Assembly (NCBI GenBank): GCA_934699525.1
Contig: CAKUWP010000001.1
Coordinates: forward strand, 132,384-196,383
Direction of reading: 5' to 3'
Length of the DNA: 64,000 nucleotides
Origin: an uncultured Bacilli bacterium
Lineage (GTDB): Bacteria > Bacillota_I > Bacilli_A > RFN20 > CAG-826
Part shown: piece after piece, positions 9,716-19,862 of the stretch
How the letters are laid out: each line of letters opens with the position of its first letter
How positions within the stretch are numbered: the first letter of the stretch is position 1
Program-made: the position numbers and the translations under genes
Notes under the pieces: model-generated
Told to the model about the DNA's origin: nothing
What the model saw: only the letters and a program-made list of their open reading frames with translations
Databases searched by the model: none

Positions 9716-10978
9716 TTAGGCTTTCACGAAGGTTAGGCCTTTAATGGCGGCTTCGCCTTCTTTCAATTCAACACCTTCAGGTTGGAATGTGGCCGTTTTT
9801 CCTTGGCTTTCATAGTATACAGAGTGCATGGCTTGAACCAAGCTCGCGGCTTTTACAGTGGAATTGGTAACGGTTGGTGTGGTCATGCTTTGATTCCAGC
9901 CAAACAACGAACCAAGCTTCCATCCCGAAGCATCAAAGGTGCAATTTTTAAGCGTGGTGGCTTGGAACGTGGTGTTCGCAAGATAACCGGTCGCTCCTTG
10001 TCCAGCAATCGGAGCGTGGCATTTTGGAGTGCCAGTTCCAGTCGCCTTTACCCCATCACTTCCATTGGTAATTATGGTATTAACATTCTCGAAAGTGGTT
10101 CCAAAAATTTTGGCAGCAATCAACGAGGCGTTTTTATCGCCATTGTACCAGCCATCGGTGATAGTTACGTTTTTAACGGTTGCATTTTTTAAGCTCCCAA
10201 AAGCCCCACAAATGCCACTGCTTTTGGCAACGAGTTTGTTGCCATTGCCGTCAAAGGTTCCGCTGAAGGCTTGATTGCGGGCGTTGTTGCCATACCAAGT
10301 GTCATTCCAAGTCGAAATAAGGCCTTGAACGTTGACATCATTGGCCAGTTTGAAATAACCAAATTGATCCGCATCGACCTTCGGGTAGACATATTCTTTG
10401 AAATCATCCGGCGTCTTAATCATCGCGGTGACGAACGTCGTTTCGCAGGTAAGCGCATATTCTTTGCCATCTTTGATGGTTCCAATTTCAACGGTCTTTA
10501 AGCCATCATCCGTGTGATCGGCTTTAAAGCCAGAGACATCGAGGTTTGCAGGATCCGTCCCCAAATTGAAGGTGCCCGCTTTGATGTAAGAGACGGTGCC
10601 GCCCGCGTACGTTCCTAGATCCAATGTCTTAGTCGTCGCGGTCATCACAACATCTTGAGCCGTTAAGGTTGCCGGATAGATCCAACGATCATCCGTCTCG
10701 GTGAACCCTTCGGTTTTGTAGGCTCCTCCCTCTTCAATCGTTCCAGTGGTCGGCTTGGCAAATACGTGTTCATTGGTCAAGCAATTGACCCAATATTCAC
10801 GGATGCCTTTTTCGGTCTTAGTCGCCTCTTTTCTTTCATAGTGTTTCCAAACGCCGTCGTCTCCTCCTGCAAAGAAGACTCCGCCTTTGTTGCTAGAAAC
10901 GCTATACCCGGTGCCAACGGCGGTCGCGGCGATAGCGGCAACGCCTAAAGCACACATAAGAATCGTCTGTTTCTTCAT
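9716..10978 (-). CDS. Secreted beta-helix-like repeat protein (420 aa), paralog family A
   Basis: Signal peptide MKKQTILMCALGVAAIAATAVG; motif FSGTFDGNGNKL; shares motif and layout with 19863..22181 and 31832..33865. Confidence 0.6.
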   Translation of the reverse strand: MKKQTILMCALGVAAIAATAVGTGYSVSSNKGGVFFAGGDDGVWKHYERKEATKTEKGIREYWVNCLTNEHVFAKPTTGTIEEGGAYKTEGFTETDDRWIYPATLTAQDVVMTATTKTLDLGTYAGGTVSYIKAGTFNLGTDPANLDVSGFKADHTDDGLKTVEIGTIKDGKEYALTCETTFVTAMIKTPDDFKEYVYPKVDADQFGYFKLANDVNVQGLISTWNDTWYGNNARNQAFSGTFDGNGNKLVAKSSGICGAFGSLKNATVKNVTITDGWYNGDKNASLIAAKIFGTTFENVNTIITNGSDGVKATGTGTPKCHAPIAGQGATGYLANTTFQATTLKNCTFDASGWKLGSLFGWNQSMTTPTVTNSTVKAASLVQAMHSVYYESQGKTATFQPEGVELKEGEAAIKGLTFVKA

Positions 10979-11087
10979 ATTGTTACTCCTTTAAAAGGTA
11001 TGAAACGCATTCACCTTATGCGCGTGTGAATAAAAATGAAAGCCCTTACAATTCGAACAAAGAGAATGAAGAATATTTTGACGAGAA

Positions 11088-12758
11088 TTAAGAGGATACC
11101 TTCAAAGAGATTTTGCCGTTTTCCGGCTCAAAACGATATTCCGTCGCCTGAAATCCGCCGGTTAGATAGAAAATCTCTTCTTTTTGAATCAACTTGCCTT
11201 GATGGATTTTAAGATGTCCTTGGATCAAAGGAAGGATGTAAGTAGCCCCTTCTTCCACTTGGATATCGATCGATAACCCATCTGAAGTTAAGCGATATTC
11301 GGTATGCTGCTTGGCTTCTAATCTCTTCCCGTCACGGGTGGCGAAGCCTCCATCGACTTTTAAAATCACGGTTCCTTCTTCTTCCGTTTTCTCGATTTTA
11401 ACTTCCTCATCATAGGTGGAGGAATGGCCATCGATCAACAAGCGAGGAAGCAAAGGACGATGGGTCGCAGGATCGTGGGGAAGTTGTTGGTTGGTGGGTT
11501 CAGGAAGGGGAAAATAATCGATGACGGAGCCCATGACCATCGGGCCATTCGGCCCATAGAGCATAGTTAGGGCGCCCCCGCTTGCGTGCGCGGAGAAGGG
11601 AATATCAAAATCAAATCCCGTAACATCCATGAGATAAGACCCTTTGGAAACGCGATAGAGGTCGCATTCGGGATAATAACGATTGAATTCCGTTTCGGTG
11701 ATGAGCTTCTCATCCGTTTTTAGTAAATAACGTTCTTCGATTTCATCCACGTCGAAGGCTATCGCGTTGGCGTGTTCAAACGTATGATGGATGCAGGGGT
11801 ATTCCCCTTGTTTTTCGTAATCGGGGCCTCCAGCAAGCAAGCCATCCACCGTGCAACGGCCTAGTAATTCCGTATTGCGGTAGGCAATCTCTTGGAACAA
11901 AGGCTCTTGGGGAGCAAAAAGCAAATAGGCGGGAGAGATGCCATCGGAAGTGCGGGACCCATAATAGGTCCATTTGTTATTACGGACCCCAAAGGTATTG
12001 TCTAGCCCTCCATCCGGAAGGAAGAAGGGGGCATTATCCATTAAGCGATCATGCAGGAAGGCGATGGCTTTTTCATCTTTTAAAAGGAAGGCGCATTTCA
12101 CCAGGGCAGGGATCGATTCCTCTAAATCATACCCCATATCGATAGAACGGCAGCCCTTTTTAGAGATAGCATCATGGTTTTTGGATTCGCCATAGAAGAA
12201 TCCGAACTGGCTAAAATGGGCAAGGGAATAATCGAAAAGATGACGGGAAAGTTCTAAATAGCGGGGCTCGTTTAGGTATTGCCCGGCGAGTTGCATCGCA
12301 TAGGCGTTGGTCGTGCAGTAATTGATGTTGGGACGAGAATGCTCGTCGAGATTTTCGTAAAGCCAATTCGACATGCGCTTAGCCTGTTCCAACATGGAAA
12401 AGTGGAATTCTTCATCCAATAAATCGCCAAAAGAATTCAAACTTTCAAAAACCGCGATGGTCAAAAACACCGTGGTATAGGGCCAAGCGGCCTGGGCGTC
12501 GTTATAAAGGGAACCATCGGGACATTCGAGTTGTTTGCCGTACGCAAAAGCAAGTTTTGCCCCCTTTAAATAACGAACGTCCCCCGTCTTTTTATATAAA
12601 ACCCCAAGGGGATAAATCGCATCGGGGGTCCGTCCATGAATCATTTTGCAGCTCGGGCAAAGGAATCCGCCTTTAAAAGCTTCTTCCCCTTCTTGAATTT
12701 GATGGGCGAGCAAGCCCTCCCCCCATCTTTTCAGCAAATCAAAATAGATGTTATTCAT
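11088..12758 (-). CDS. Hypothetical protein (556 aa), possibly an (alpha/alpha)-barrel glycoside hydrolase/lyase-like enzyme
   Basis: Long ORF, 17-nt spacing from the upstream ADP-ribosylglycohydrolase-family gene; no family signature identifiable by eye. Confidence 0.45.
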   Translation of the reverse strand: MNNIYFDLLKRWGEGLLAHQIQEGEEAFKGGFLCPSCKMIHGRTPDAIYPLGVLYKKTGDVRYLKGAKLAFAYGKQLECPDGSLYNDAQAAWPYTTVFLTIAVFESLNSFGDLLDEEFHFSMLEQAKRMSNWLYENLDEHSRPNINYCTTNAYAMQLAGQYLNEPRYLELSRHLFDYSLAHFSQFGFFYGESKNHDAISKKGCRSIDMGYDLEESIPALVKCAFLLKDEKAIAFLHDRLMDNAPFFLPDGGLDNTFGVRNNKWTYYGSRTSDGISPAYLLFAPQEPLFQEIAYRNTELLGRCTVDGLLAGGPDYEKQGEYPCIHHTFEHANAIAFDVDEIEERYLLKTDEKLITETEFNRYYPECDLYRVSKGSYLMDVTGFDFDIPFSAHASGGALTMLYGPNGPMVMGSVIDYFPLPEPTNQQLPHDPATHRPLLPRLLIDGHSSTYDEEVKIEKTEEEGTVILKVDGGFATRDGKRLEAKQHTEYRLTSDGLSIDIQVEEGATYILPLIQGHLKIHQGKLIQKEEIFYLTGGFQATEYRFEPENGKISLKVSS

Positions 12759-12775
12759 GAAATGGATTCTTTCTT

Positions 12776-14302
12776 TTAAGCTAGATATTTGAAGAACACG
12801 ATGTCGATATCATGGGTTTTCCCTTGTTCAGGTACTTCGATTTCTAGAACCGCTTTTTGCTTGCTCCCCACGACTCCGTTCACCTCAAAGGAAAGAATGT
12901 ATTCCTGGCTATGGGCCATCGGGGTCATCGCCGTCCAGCAGGGGACGGAAAAAGAGAATCCGGATTCTTTGGTGAAGCAGCCTTCTGGAACAAAGAATCG
13001 GACATTCGCGGTTAAAGGTTCGTTGCCATAGGCCTTGACGTTATTCACCAACGTCAAACCGATATGCTTGGTTTCTCCCGCGTTGTGGTTCAATCCGTCG
13101 ATATAGCGAACAATCGCCGTGACGGATCCGCGGTGTACCGCAAAGGTATTGGGCTTTAAAGAAAGACGTAACGCGCGGATATCATCCTGCTCGTTATTTT
13201 CCGCCCAGGGACGATCCAACAAAGAAGATAGATTGCTTTCAAGTTCGGTGGGTCCATCGGTGAATTCGACGTCTAATCCCGTTAAGTGGTCCGTATAGAC
13301 TCCATTGCCGTTAAAATAGCAGCAAATCTCCGCCATTCTTCCAACGCGGCGAACCAAATCATCGATGGTTGGGGGAATACGGGGAGAGGTTCCAACGTTG
13401 ATGGAGCAGGTCACGATGCGGTTGCCAATGTAGGCGACCCAGTCTTCAGGAAGGGCCTTGGTTCCGTGCATGATGCCCATAAGAGCGCCGATCGTAGCCC
13501 CTGTGCAGTCCGTGTCATCGCCGCAATTGACCGCGATAAGCAAGGATTTCTTATAATCGCCTTCCCCATAAAGCAAGCCAATCAAAACAAAGGCGATGTT
13601 ACTCGGGGCTTGGAACCAGCCATCCCCGATATCGGCGTTGAGTTCAACAATCGCGTTGCGCGCTTCTTGCCATGTCTTGCCTTCTTCGTGGAGGCGAAGC
13701 ACTTCTTTCACGGTTTTGGCGGTTCTCGTTTCTAGATCAATCTTCGATAACCCGATGCGAATGAGTTCATGGATATCGGTGATGCCAAAGGCGGCGCTTT
13801 CCATGGCGGCGACGAATGCCGCGGCAATCGTGCCTTCGCCCATACCATGGTCCACCATGGCGTCATGAAGGGCATAGCGGACCGCATGATCCACCATGAG
13901 GGGATTCGTGGTCGCCCAAATTTCGCTGCGGATCCAGGCACCATTGGAATGGCTCCAGATATTGATATCACTAGAACCGGACACTCCGGGTTCGATACCT
14001 TGAAGCATATGGTGTTTGCAGATTCCATATTCCGCCCAAGAAGGGGGGATAAAATTCAGCCAATAACGGCCAAGGACTTCGCTATTGATATTTTGGGGTC
14101 CCTGCATTTCCAAGGCCCTTAGCCAAATGAGCTGCAAATCCAAATCATCGTTTGGGAGGGGCTGCCCTTTGGGGGTAGAAAACCCTTTCACGTCTAAAAT
14201 CTCTCGTTTTCCTTCGGTGGGTCCCCCGATGGTTCCCCCGATGTTCTTGCCAATAAAGCAAGCGCGGACCTTATCAATGTATTCTTCTCGATTCAGTTTC
14301 AT
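12776..14302 (-). CDS. ADP-ribosylglycohydrolase-family protein with a roughly 200-aa C-terminal extension
   Basis: N-terminal CFIGKNIGGTIGGP and the DraG/ARH-type motif CGDDTDCTGATIGALMG. Confidence 0.7.
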   Translation of the reverse strand: MKLNREEYIDKVRACFIGKNIGGTIGGPTEGKREILDVKGFSTPKGQPLPNDDLDLQLIWLRALEMQGPQNINSEVLGRYWLNFIPPSWAEYGICKHHMLQGIEPGVSGSSDINIWSHSNGAWIRSEIWATTNPLMVDHAVRYALHDAMVDHGMGEGTIAAAFVAAMESAAFGITDIHELIRIGLSKIDLETRTAKTVKEVLRLHEEGKTWQEARNAIVELNADIGDGWFQAPSNIAFVLIGLLYGEGDYKKSLLIAVNCGDDTDCTGATIGALMGIMHGTKALPEDWVAYIGNRIVTCSINVGTSPRIPPTIDDLVRRVGRMAEICCYFNGNGVYTDHLTGLDVEFTDGPTELESNLSSLLDRPWAENNEQDDIRALRLSLKPNTFAVHRGSVTAIVRYIDGLNHNAGETKHIGLTLVNNVKAYGNEPLTANVRFFVPEGCFTKESGFSFSVPCWTAMTPMAHSQEYILSFEVNGVVGSKQKAVLEIEVPEQGKTHDIDIVFFKYLA

Positions 14303-14624
14303 AAACGAATCTCCTTTTCTTCAATAGCAAAAAAATGCTTCATGGAACTAAAAGCGAATGCTCGTTTGCCCTTTTGTATTTGCCATGGAAATATCCCTAC
14401 GGCTCAAAGCCATCCTTATCATAGAGCAAGCAGACGAATCGTCCAAATAAATGGGCATTGTCAATAGATGGGAGGTAAAAAATCGAATATCAATGTTGCT
14501 AACGATGGGATTTGGCTTTGTTTTGTAACAACTTTATAGGGAAACAAACACATACCGGACAAATTCCAGGAACGTTTGGATTCTTTATCCCCTATAATGG
14601 GTTATCAGCCCCTAGGAGAAAACC

Positions 14625-15857
14625 ATGGATTATTCCTATGTTAATGATTTCCGTAAACTCGGTTTTGGAATGTTCGTTCATTTTGGTCTTTATAGCGTTC
14701 TCGGCAAAGGAGAATGGCATTTTCAATATACCCGCGATAGCCGCATCAGCGATGACGTTGCAATGGAACGATATATCGAAAAAACCTTCCCTCGTTTTAA
14801 AGTTGCCCCAAATTGGGCGAAAGAACTTTGCAAAACCGCAAAAAAAGCGGGCTGCCGTTATGTGACCTTAACCACCCGTCATCACGAAGGATTCTCCCTT
14901 TACGATACCTGCGGGCTCAATGAATTCGACGCTCCGCACTCCCCGACTCGTCGGGATCTCGTTCAGGAATTCGTGGATGCCTGCCGTGAATTCGACCTTC
15001 TCCCCGTTTTCTATCATACCGTCATCGATTGGTGGCAAAAGGATTTCCAAAGTGGGAATTTTGATGCCTATTTTGCTTACTTGAAACGTTCCATCGAAAT
15101 CCTTTGCACCCGTTATGGGAAAGTCGGGGGGTTCTGGTTTGATGGAACTTGGGGACTCCCCCAAGGGATCACCTTTCCCGAAGAAATCTACCAAATGATC
15201 CATGCTTTGCAGCCTCGAGCCATCATCACGAATAACACCGGCTTATCCGCCTGTGGAGAAAAAGGAGGCGAAGAAATCGACTGCGTCACCTTTGAAAAAG
15301 GAAAAGCTTTCCCGATCTCTTCTTCCGCCTCCCGGCCAATCGTTGGGGAAGTCTGCGACACGATTGTGGAGCATTGGGGGTACGCCAAAAACGACTATTG
15401 CATCAAATCCTATTCCCATCTATTGAACGAATTGATCTCTACCCGTGCCGCGGGATGCAATTTGCTTCTTAACGTCGGGCCCAAGGGCAATGGGTTCTTG
15501 CCCGTCGAGCAAAAACGGATGATGAAGATGCTAGGAAGCTGGCTCAAGAAAAATCATTCGATTGTTTTGGACGCCACCCCTTCTTCCCTTCAAGCGGATG
15601 GAGCGTATCTATTTGAAAAAGACGGCTTCTATTACGCCGTCGTCCAAGATGTCCCGATGGCTGCGGATGCCCACGTCCAACGCGACCAAGGCAAGAAAAC
15701 GGTTCTCCTTCATACGAATAAGCGGATTTCCTCCCTATCCATGGTCGATAAACCCGGGGAAAAGATAGAGAAAACTTCCCACCAAAGTTTCGTCATCACC
15801 CCCTTTGAATACGGCACCAGCATGGGGGCAAGGATTGCAAAATTCCGTTTAAAATAA
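14625..15857 (+). CDS. GH29 alpha-L-fucosidase
   Basis: GFGMFVHFGLYS, TTRHHEGFSLYDT, WFDGTW motifs; TATAAT about 30 nt and AGGAGA RBS upstream. Confidence 0.85.
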   Translation: MDYSYVNDFRKLGFGMFVHFGLYSVLGKGEWHFQYTRDSRISDDVAMERYIEKTFPRFKVAPNWAKELCKTAKKAGCRYVTLTTRHHEGFSLYDTCGLNEFDAPHSPTRRDLVQEFVDACREFDLLPVFYHTVIDWWQKDFQSGNFDAYFAYLKRSIEILCTRYGKVGGFWFDGTWGLPQGITFPEEIYQMIHALQPRAIITNNTGLSACGEKGGEEIDCVTFEKGKAFPISSSASRPIVGEVCDTIVEHWGYAKNDYCIKSYSHLLNELISTRAAGCNLLLNVGPKGNGFLPVEQKRMMKMLGSWLKKNHSIVLDATPSSLQADGAYLFEKDGFYYAVVQDVPMAADAHVQRDQGKKTVLLHTNKRISSLSMVDKPGEKIEKTSHQSFVITPFEYGTSMGARIAKFRLK

Positions 15858-15868
15858 AGCCAATCAAA

Positions 15869-15906
15869 AAGGTCGCGGGAAGGAACACCGCGACCTTTTT
15901 CTTTAT
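15869..15906. terminator. Bidirectional rho-independent terminator between the convergent GH29 and ABC-permease genes
   Basis: 10-bp stem AAGGTCGCGG / CCGCGACCTT, 9-nt loop, T-tracts on both sides. Confidence 0.65.
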
Positions 15907-15919
15907 GGTTTGAATCGAG

Positions 15920-16825
15920 CTATCCCTTGATTCCGCCTTCATCCATGTTGGACATAATTTTGTTACGGAAAATCAAGAACACGATGAGAAGGGGGATAAA
16001 GAGCAATACGCCTGCGGCGATCTTAAACGGCGCTTCGTTAATTTCCGTATTGACGTTTAAAATCGCATAGAGGCCTAAAGCCGCGGTGGGAGAACCCGGC
16101 AAATAAACATAGGGAACCTGGTAATCGTTCCAATAGGAGATAAAGAATAATAAGGCCACCGTCCCAAATAAGGGCATCACAATCGGCATCATGACGTGGG
16201 TGAAGATTCTAAAATGGCTCGCCCCTTCCACCAACGCATATTCGGTATAGTCCTTGGGAATCCGCGAGAAGGCCGCGTAGAAAATCAAATAATAGATGTT
16301 CGCGTAGCCAAATTTCATGATGTACATCCCAATCATCGTGTCATAAATATGCAAGGCACGAAGGATTTGAATCATGGAGGACATGTTGCCAACAATGGGG
16401 AGAACCATCGTGACGATGACCGAATAATGAACGATTTTGGATAAAAGACAGGGGTATTTGCTCGTTAAATAAGCAACGGTCGCCGTCACCGCGGTTTGGA
16501 TGAGGGCGCAGCCTCCCGCATATAAAAGCGAATACAGAAGCATCTGCTCGAAATACACATAATGGGGGCTACCGCCACGGGAAACGCGAACGCGCATTTT
16601 CGTGAAGACGTAGAGGTAATTATCAAAGGTGAATGCGTTTTTCCCTAAGAAAATCGTTGGGTTGCGAAGATAGGAATCCGCGGTTTTAAAGGAGGAGAAA
16701 AGCGCCCAGAAAATAAGCAACAACAACCCAATGGAATAAAGGGCAAGGATGATGAAAACACTCACGTCGAAGGCATTGAAATGGATTTTGTGGCGGCGGG
16801 TAGGTTTACGGTTTGCTGCAGTCAT
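15920..16825 (-). CDS. CUT1 sugar ABC transporter permease (MalG-like)
   Basis: EAA-loop ALVEGASHFRIF; six TM segments. Confidence 0.85.
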   Translation of the reverse strand: MTAANRKPTRRHKIHFNAFDVSVFIILALYSIGLLLLIFWALFSSFKTADSYLRNPTIFLGKNAFTFDNYLYVFTKMRVRVSRGGSPHYVYFEQMLLYSLLYAGGCALIQTAVTATVAYLTSKYPCLLSKIVHYSVIVTMVLPIVGNMSSMIQILRALHIYDTMIGMYIMKFGYANIYYLIFYAAFSRIPKDYTEYALVEGASHFRIFTHVMMPIVMPLFGTVALLFFISYWNDYQVPYVYLPGSPTAALGLYAILNVNTEINEAPFKIAAGVLLFIPLLIVFLIFRNKIMSNMDEGGIKG

Positions 16826-16828
16826 AAA

Positions 16829-17782
16829 CTAGTCCTCCCTCGGCCCAAAGCGATTGAGCAAATAACGGGCCCCAAACGTTAAGGGGGCAACGATAAGAGT
16901 CAAGATGACCCCATAGGCGGAAGCAATCGGATAGGAGACCGGGTTTTCTTGCCCGGTTCGAATAATGAGCATGAATTGATAGTAGCCAAGCGTCTGCATC
17001 TGAGCCGGCGCATTACCTGCATAGAAGGAGAATAGATAAGCTTGGCTGCTCGCGGTTGCCGCTAAAGAGATGATGAAGAGGGAGACTAACGTCTTCCAGC
17101 ATCCGGGAATCATGATGTTCCAGAAGATTCGGAATTCGCTCGCTCCGTCGACTTTCGCCGCTTCCATAACAGCAGGAGAGACGTTGGACATCGCATTGAG
17201 ATAAAGAAGGATGGAACCAGAGAAGCCGATCCAAACGTAGAAAACAATCAAGGTCAATAAAGCTTTTGGGGCGTCTCCGCCTAAAATCGTCACCAATAAG
17301 TCATCTTTAGTCAGGATTTGCAATATCCGAACTAGTTCATCATCGACAAAATAGTTGAAGAAGATTACGAAGACCATGGAGCAGACGATGGAAGGCAGAA
17401 AGAGAACGACTTTGAAGAACCCTGCAAACAGAGCCTTCTTATGGATGTAATAGCCAAAGAGGAGGGACAGGGGCATGATAATCAAAATATCCACGAGGAA
17501 GAATAGCGTCGTGTTGCGGATGCAAACTTGAATCGTGTGGCCCGGGTCATTCACCAAAACGTCCCAAATTTCAGCGAAATTAGCAAACCCCACCCAAGAG
17601 CGAACTTCCTTGCCTCCAAAATTGGAATAGCTTTGGAAAGCCAAAAGGATGGAATTGAAATTCACGACGATATAGAAAATCACAAATTGGAGGATCGGGA
17701 GGGCAATCATCAGCCCATAAAAGAGTTTCCCCTCCCGGTTGAACCAACCGACTTGTCCTTTCTTTTTCGCTTTCGCTACCAT
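16829..17782 (-). CDS. CUT1 sugar ABC transporter permease (MalF-like)
   Basis: EAA-loop EAAKVDGASEFRIFWNIMIP. Confidence 0.85.
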   Translation of the reverse strand: MVAKAKKKGQVGWFNREGKLFYGLMIALPILQFVIFYIVVNFNSILLAFQSYSNFGGKEVRSWVGFANFAEIWDVLVNDPGHTIQVCIRNTTLFFLVDILIIMPLSLLFGYYIHKKALFAGFFKVVLFLPSIVCSMVFVIFFNYFVDDELVRILQILTKDDLLVTILGGDAPKALLTLIVFYVWIGFSGSILLYLNAMSNVSPAVMEAAKVDGASEFRIFWNIMIPGCWKTLVSLFIISLAATASSQAYLFSFYAGNAPAQMQTLGYYQFMLIIRTGQENPVSYPIASAYGVILTLIVAPLTFGARYLLNRFGPRED

Positions 17783-17804
17783 AGTCGTCCTTTTCGAAAG
17801 GGTC

Positions 17805-19544
17805 TTATTTGCCCCAAGAGGTCACGTAGTATTTATTGATTTTGGCAAATAGATCCGTCCCAGAATCCTTGGGATTATTGGAGAAATAGACGAAGGGATT
17901 GTCGTTAGAAGCGTCGATGGAGAAACCCCATTTGCGGTAGCTTAAAGCTCCGGCTTTTCTCGAAGCGGCTTCCGTTTGGGGACGCCAATCCAAATGCTTG
18001 GTGTTGGGGGCACTGTAATATTGATAGGCGCGGTTTCCAAAATAACTCATGTTGCTTAAGGTTTCTTCCGTGAGGTCGGCTTTGAGGAAACGAACCATAT
18101 CCGTATTTTCGGAGAAAATGTTAATCATGCGATCGGAATTAAGATAGCCAAGGAAGGTCTTCGCCCCTTCTTTGAGGTTCTCGGGGCAAGCCGCATTGAT
18201 AAACATGGAGGAGTCGCGGTCGGAAAGGGTCAAATTGTCTTCGCCGATTTGAGCCGATGTCGCGTGGGGCAAAGGAAGGATACCAAAGCGTTTGGTCTTC
18301 TTGTCGTTTCCTTTATAAGACGGAGTGACTTCCGAATTCCACCACGCCCCTTCGACCAACATGCCAATCGGCTTGCTAACTAAAGTGGGGTCATCGGTTC
18401 CGTTGATGAAATAGTTTTGGGCCGTCGTATGCATGAAGGACGGCTTCATACCTTCCGCGAGGTAATAGTCGCGGTTGCTCATGATCGTCTTGGCGAAATT
18501 GCAGGCGTCCAATAACCCCTTCTGCTGATGGACTTTATAGACGTTATCCCCATTGACGGACAAATCGGAAGCATAGACGTATTCCCCTTTCTCCATTTTG
18601 GGGCGATAGGAAGAATCCAAATCCAATATGCGAGTGGAGGTGCCGGAGAAGGTTAAAGAGTTCTGGGCTTCTTCGTAGCCAATAGAAGAATTCCAAAGGT
18701 TCAAGGCCAAGGAAATCAAATACCCTTTCTCATAGCCGTTCCAGGCAATCGGAGTCACCGATTCGCTGGACATATAAGTCAATAAGGCGTGGAAATCCGC
18801 GTAGGTTGCAGGAAGTCCATCATCCCAAGAATAATCGACTCCATCGATGACACCGGTTTTCCCATCCGGGCCCAAGGAGCGTTTTTCCGAGGCGTCTTGA
18901 ACAAAGAGTTCGCTTACTTTCTCGTAGGAACCAAGGCCGGCTTCGTTTAGCCCTTCGGCGGTTTTGCCTTCCGCGAAATAGAATCCTTTATCATCAAAGA
19001 GGTCGACGTTGTAATTGATGCCGCAAGAACTGTCGTAGAAGGGGATGGCATAATATTTTTTGCCTCCGCCTTCGCCAAGACCATAGAAATCTTTCGAAGC
19101 ATCATAAAATTTATTCACAATGGGCTTGTTCTCTTTTTCCGCTGCATTAACCGGGGCAGGATTCGTGACAACGTCCGTCACATCCAACATGACGTTTTTC
19201 GCGGCAAATTGGAAATAATCGACGTTTTCCATCACGAAGACTTGGTAGGGCGAAGCCGTGACCGCATCCACTTGGATGACTTGTTTTTCAAAATCTTTTT
19301 GGATTTGGATGCCTTTCTTGCCTGGTTCAAAGGAATAGTCGGCAAAATCTTTTTCAAAAGCATCGCAGGCTTTATCGATCCATTCGCGACGGAGGCCGCC
19401 GTTATAATACTTAACCCCTAAGGTCGTTTTGGTCGCATCCAGGCTTTGGTCGCCGTCTTCATCGCGGTTAAAACAAGATCCTAATGCAATTAGTGAGGTT
19501 GCGGCACAGAGGATAAACGGAAGCGCTTTCATTTTATGGGACAT
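17805..19544 (-). CDS. Extracellular solute-binding lipoprotein of the CUT1 ABC transporter (about 580 aa)
   Basis: Start refined to internal Met (MSHKMKALPFILCAATSLIALGSC, lipobox LGSC) with GGAAAGGAAA upstream; the track ORF extends further to 19658. Confidence 0.7.
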   Translation of the reverse strand: MSHKMKALPFILCAATSLIALGSCFNRDEDGDQSLDATKTTLGVKYYNGGLRREWIDKACDAFEKDFADYSFEPGKKGIQIQKDFEKQVIQVDAVTASPYQVFVMENVDYFQFAAKNVMLDVTDVVTNPAPVNAAEKENKPIVNKFYDASKDFYGLGEGGGKKYYAIPFYDSSCGINYNVDLFDDKGFYFAEGKTAEGLNEAGLGSYEKVSELFVQDASEKRSLGPDGKTGVIDGVDYSWDDGLPATYADFHALLTYMSSESVTPIAWNGYEKGYLISLALNLWNSSIGYEEAQNSLTFSGTSTRILDLDSSYRPKMEKGEYVYASDLSVNGDNVYKVHQQKGLLDACNFAKTIMSNRDYYLAEGMKPSFMHTTAQNYFINGTDDPTLVSKPIGMLVEGAWWNSEVTPSYKGNDKKTKRFGILPLPHATSAQIGEDNLTLSDRDSSMFINAACPENLKEGAKTFLGYLNSDRMINIFSENTDMVRFLKADLTEETLSNMSYFGNRAYQYYSAPNTKHLDWRPQTEAASRKAGALSYRKWGFSIDASNDNPFVYFSNNPKDSGTDLFAKINKYYVTSWGK

Positions 19545-19822
19545 CGGATTTCCTTTCCTTCGTGGAACCCACGAAAAACAATCGATATTCTTGGTTTCTT
19601 TCATTGTATCGTCACGGGGGTACTTCATCAATGACGTTCTTGTTGCCACCCAATACAATTTTGTAACATTTGCATTTTTTAATTTTAGAACAATTTTGTT
19701 ATTTGCCCTGTATTTGTCGGAAGTTTTTTAGAATTTGCCAAAAATTCGTTTTAATGGTTTTATAGCACCGCTAAGAAGGAACGAAAGACCAATCAAAGGT
19801 CCCATGACTCTTCTTAGATAGC

Positions 19823-19852
19823 GATTCTTCCCGGACAACGCCGGGAAGAATC
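19823..19852. terminator. Strong hairpin 3' of the beta-helix lipoprotein gene
   Basis: Perfect 12-bp stem GATTCTTCCCGG / CCGGGAAGAATC with a 6-nt loop; flanks are not strongly T-rich. Confidence 0.45.
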
Positions 19853-19862
19853 TTCGATCGAA

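Noticed and set aside
14512-14865. 117-aa ORF overlapping the GH29 start region
   Set aside because: Out of frame with GH29 and spans its promoter and RBS; GH29 has the strong family signature, whereas this ORF has none.
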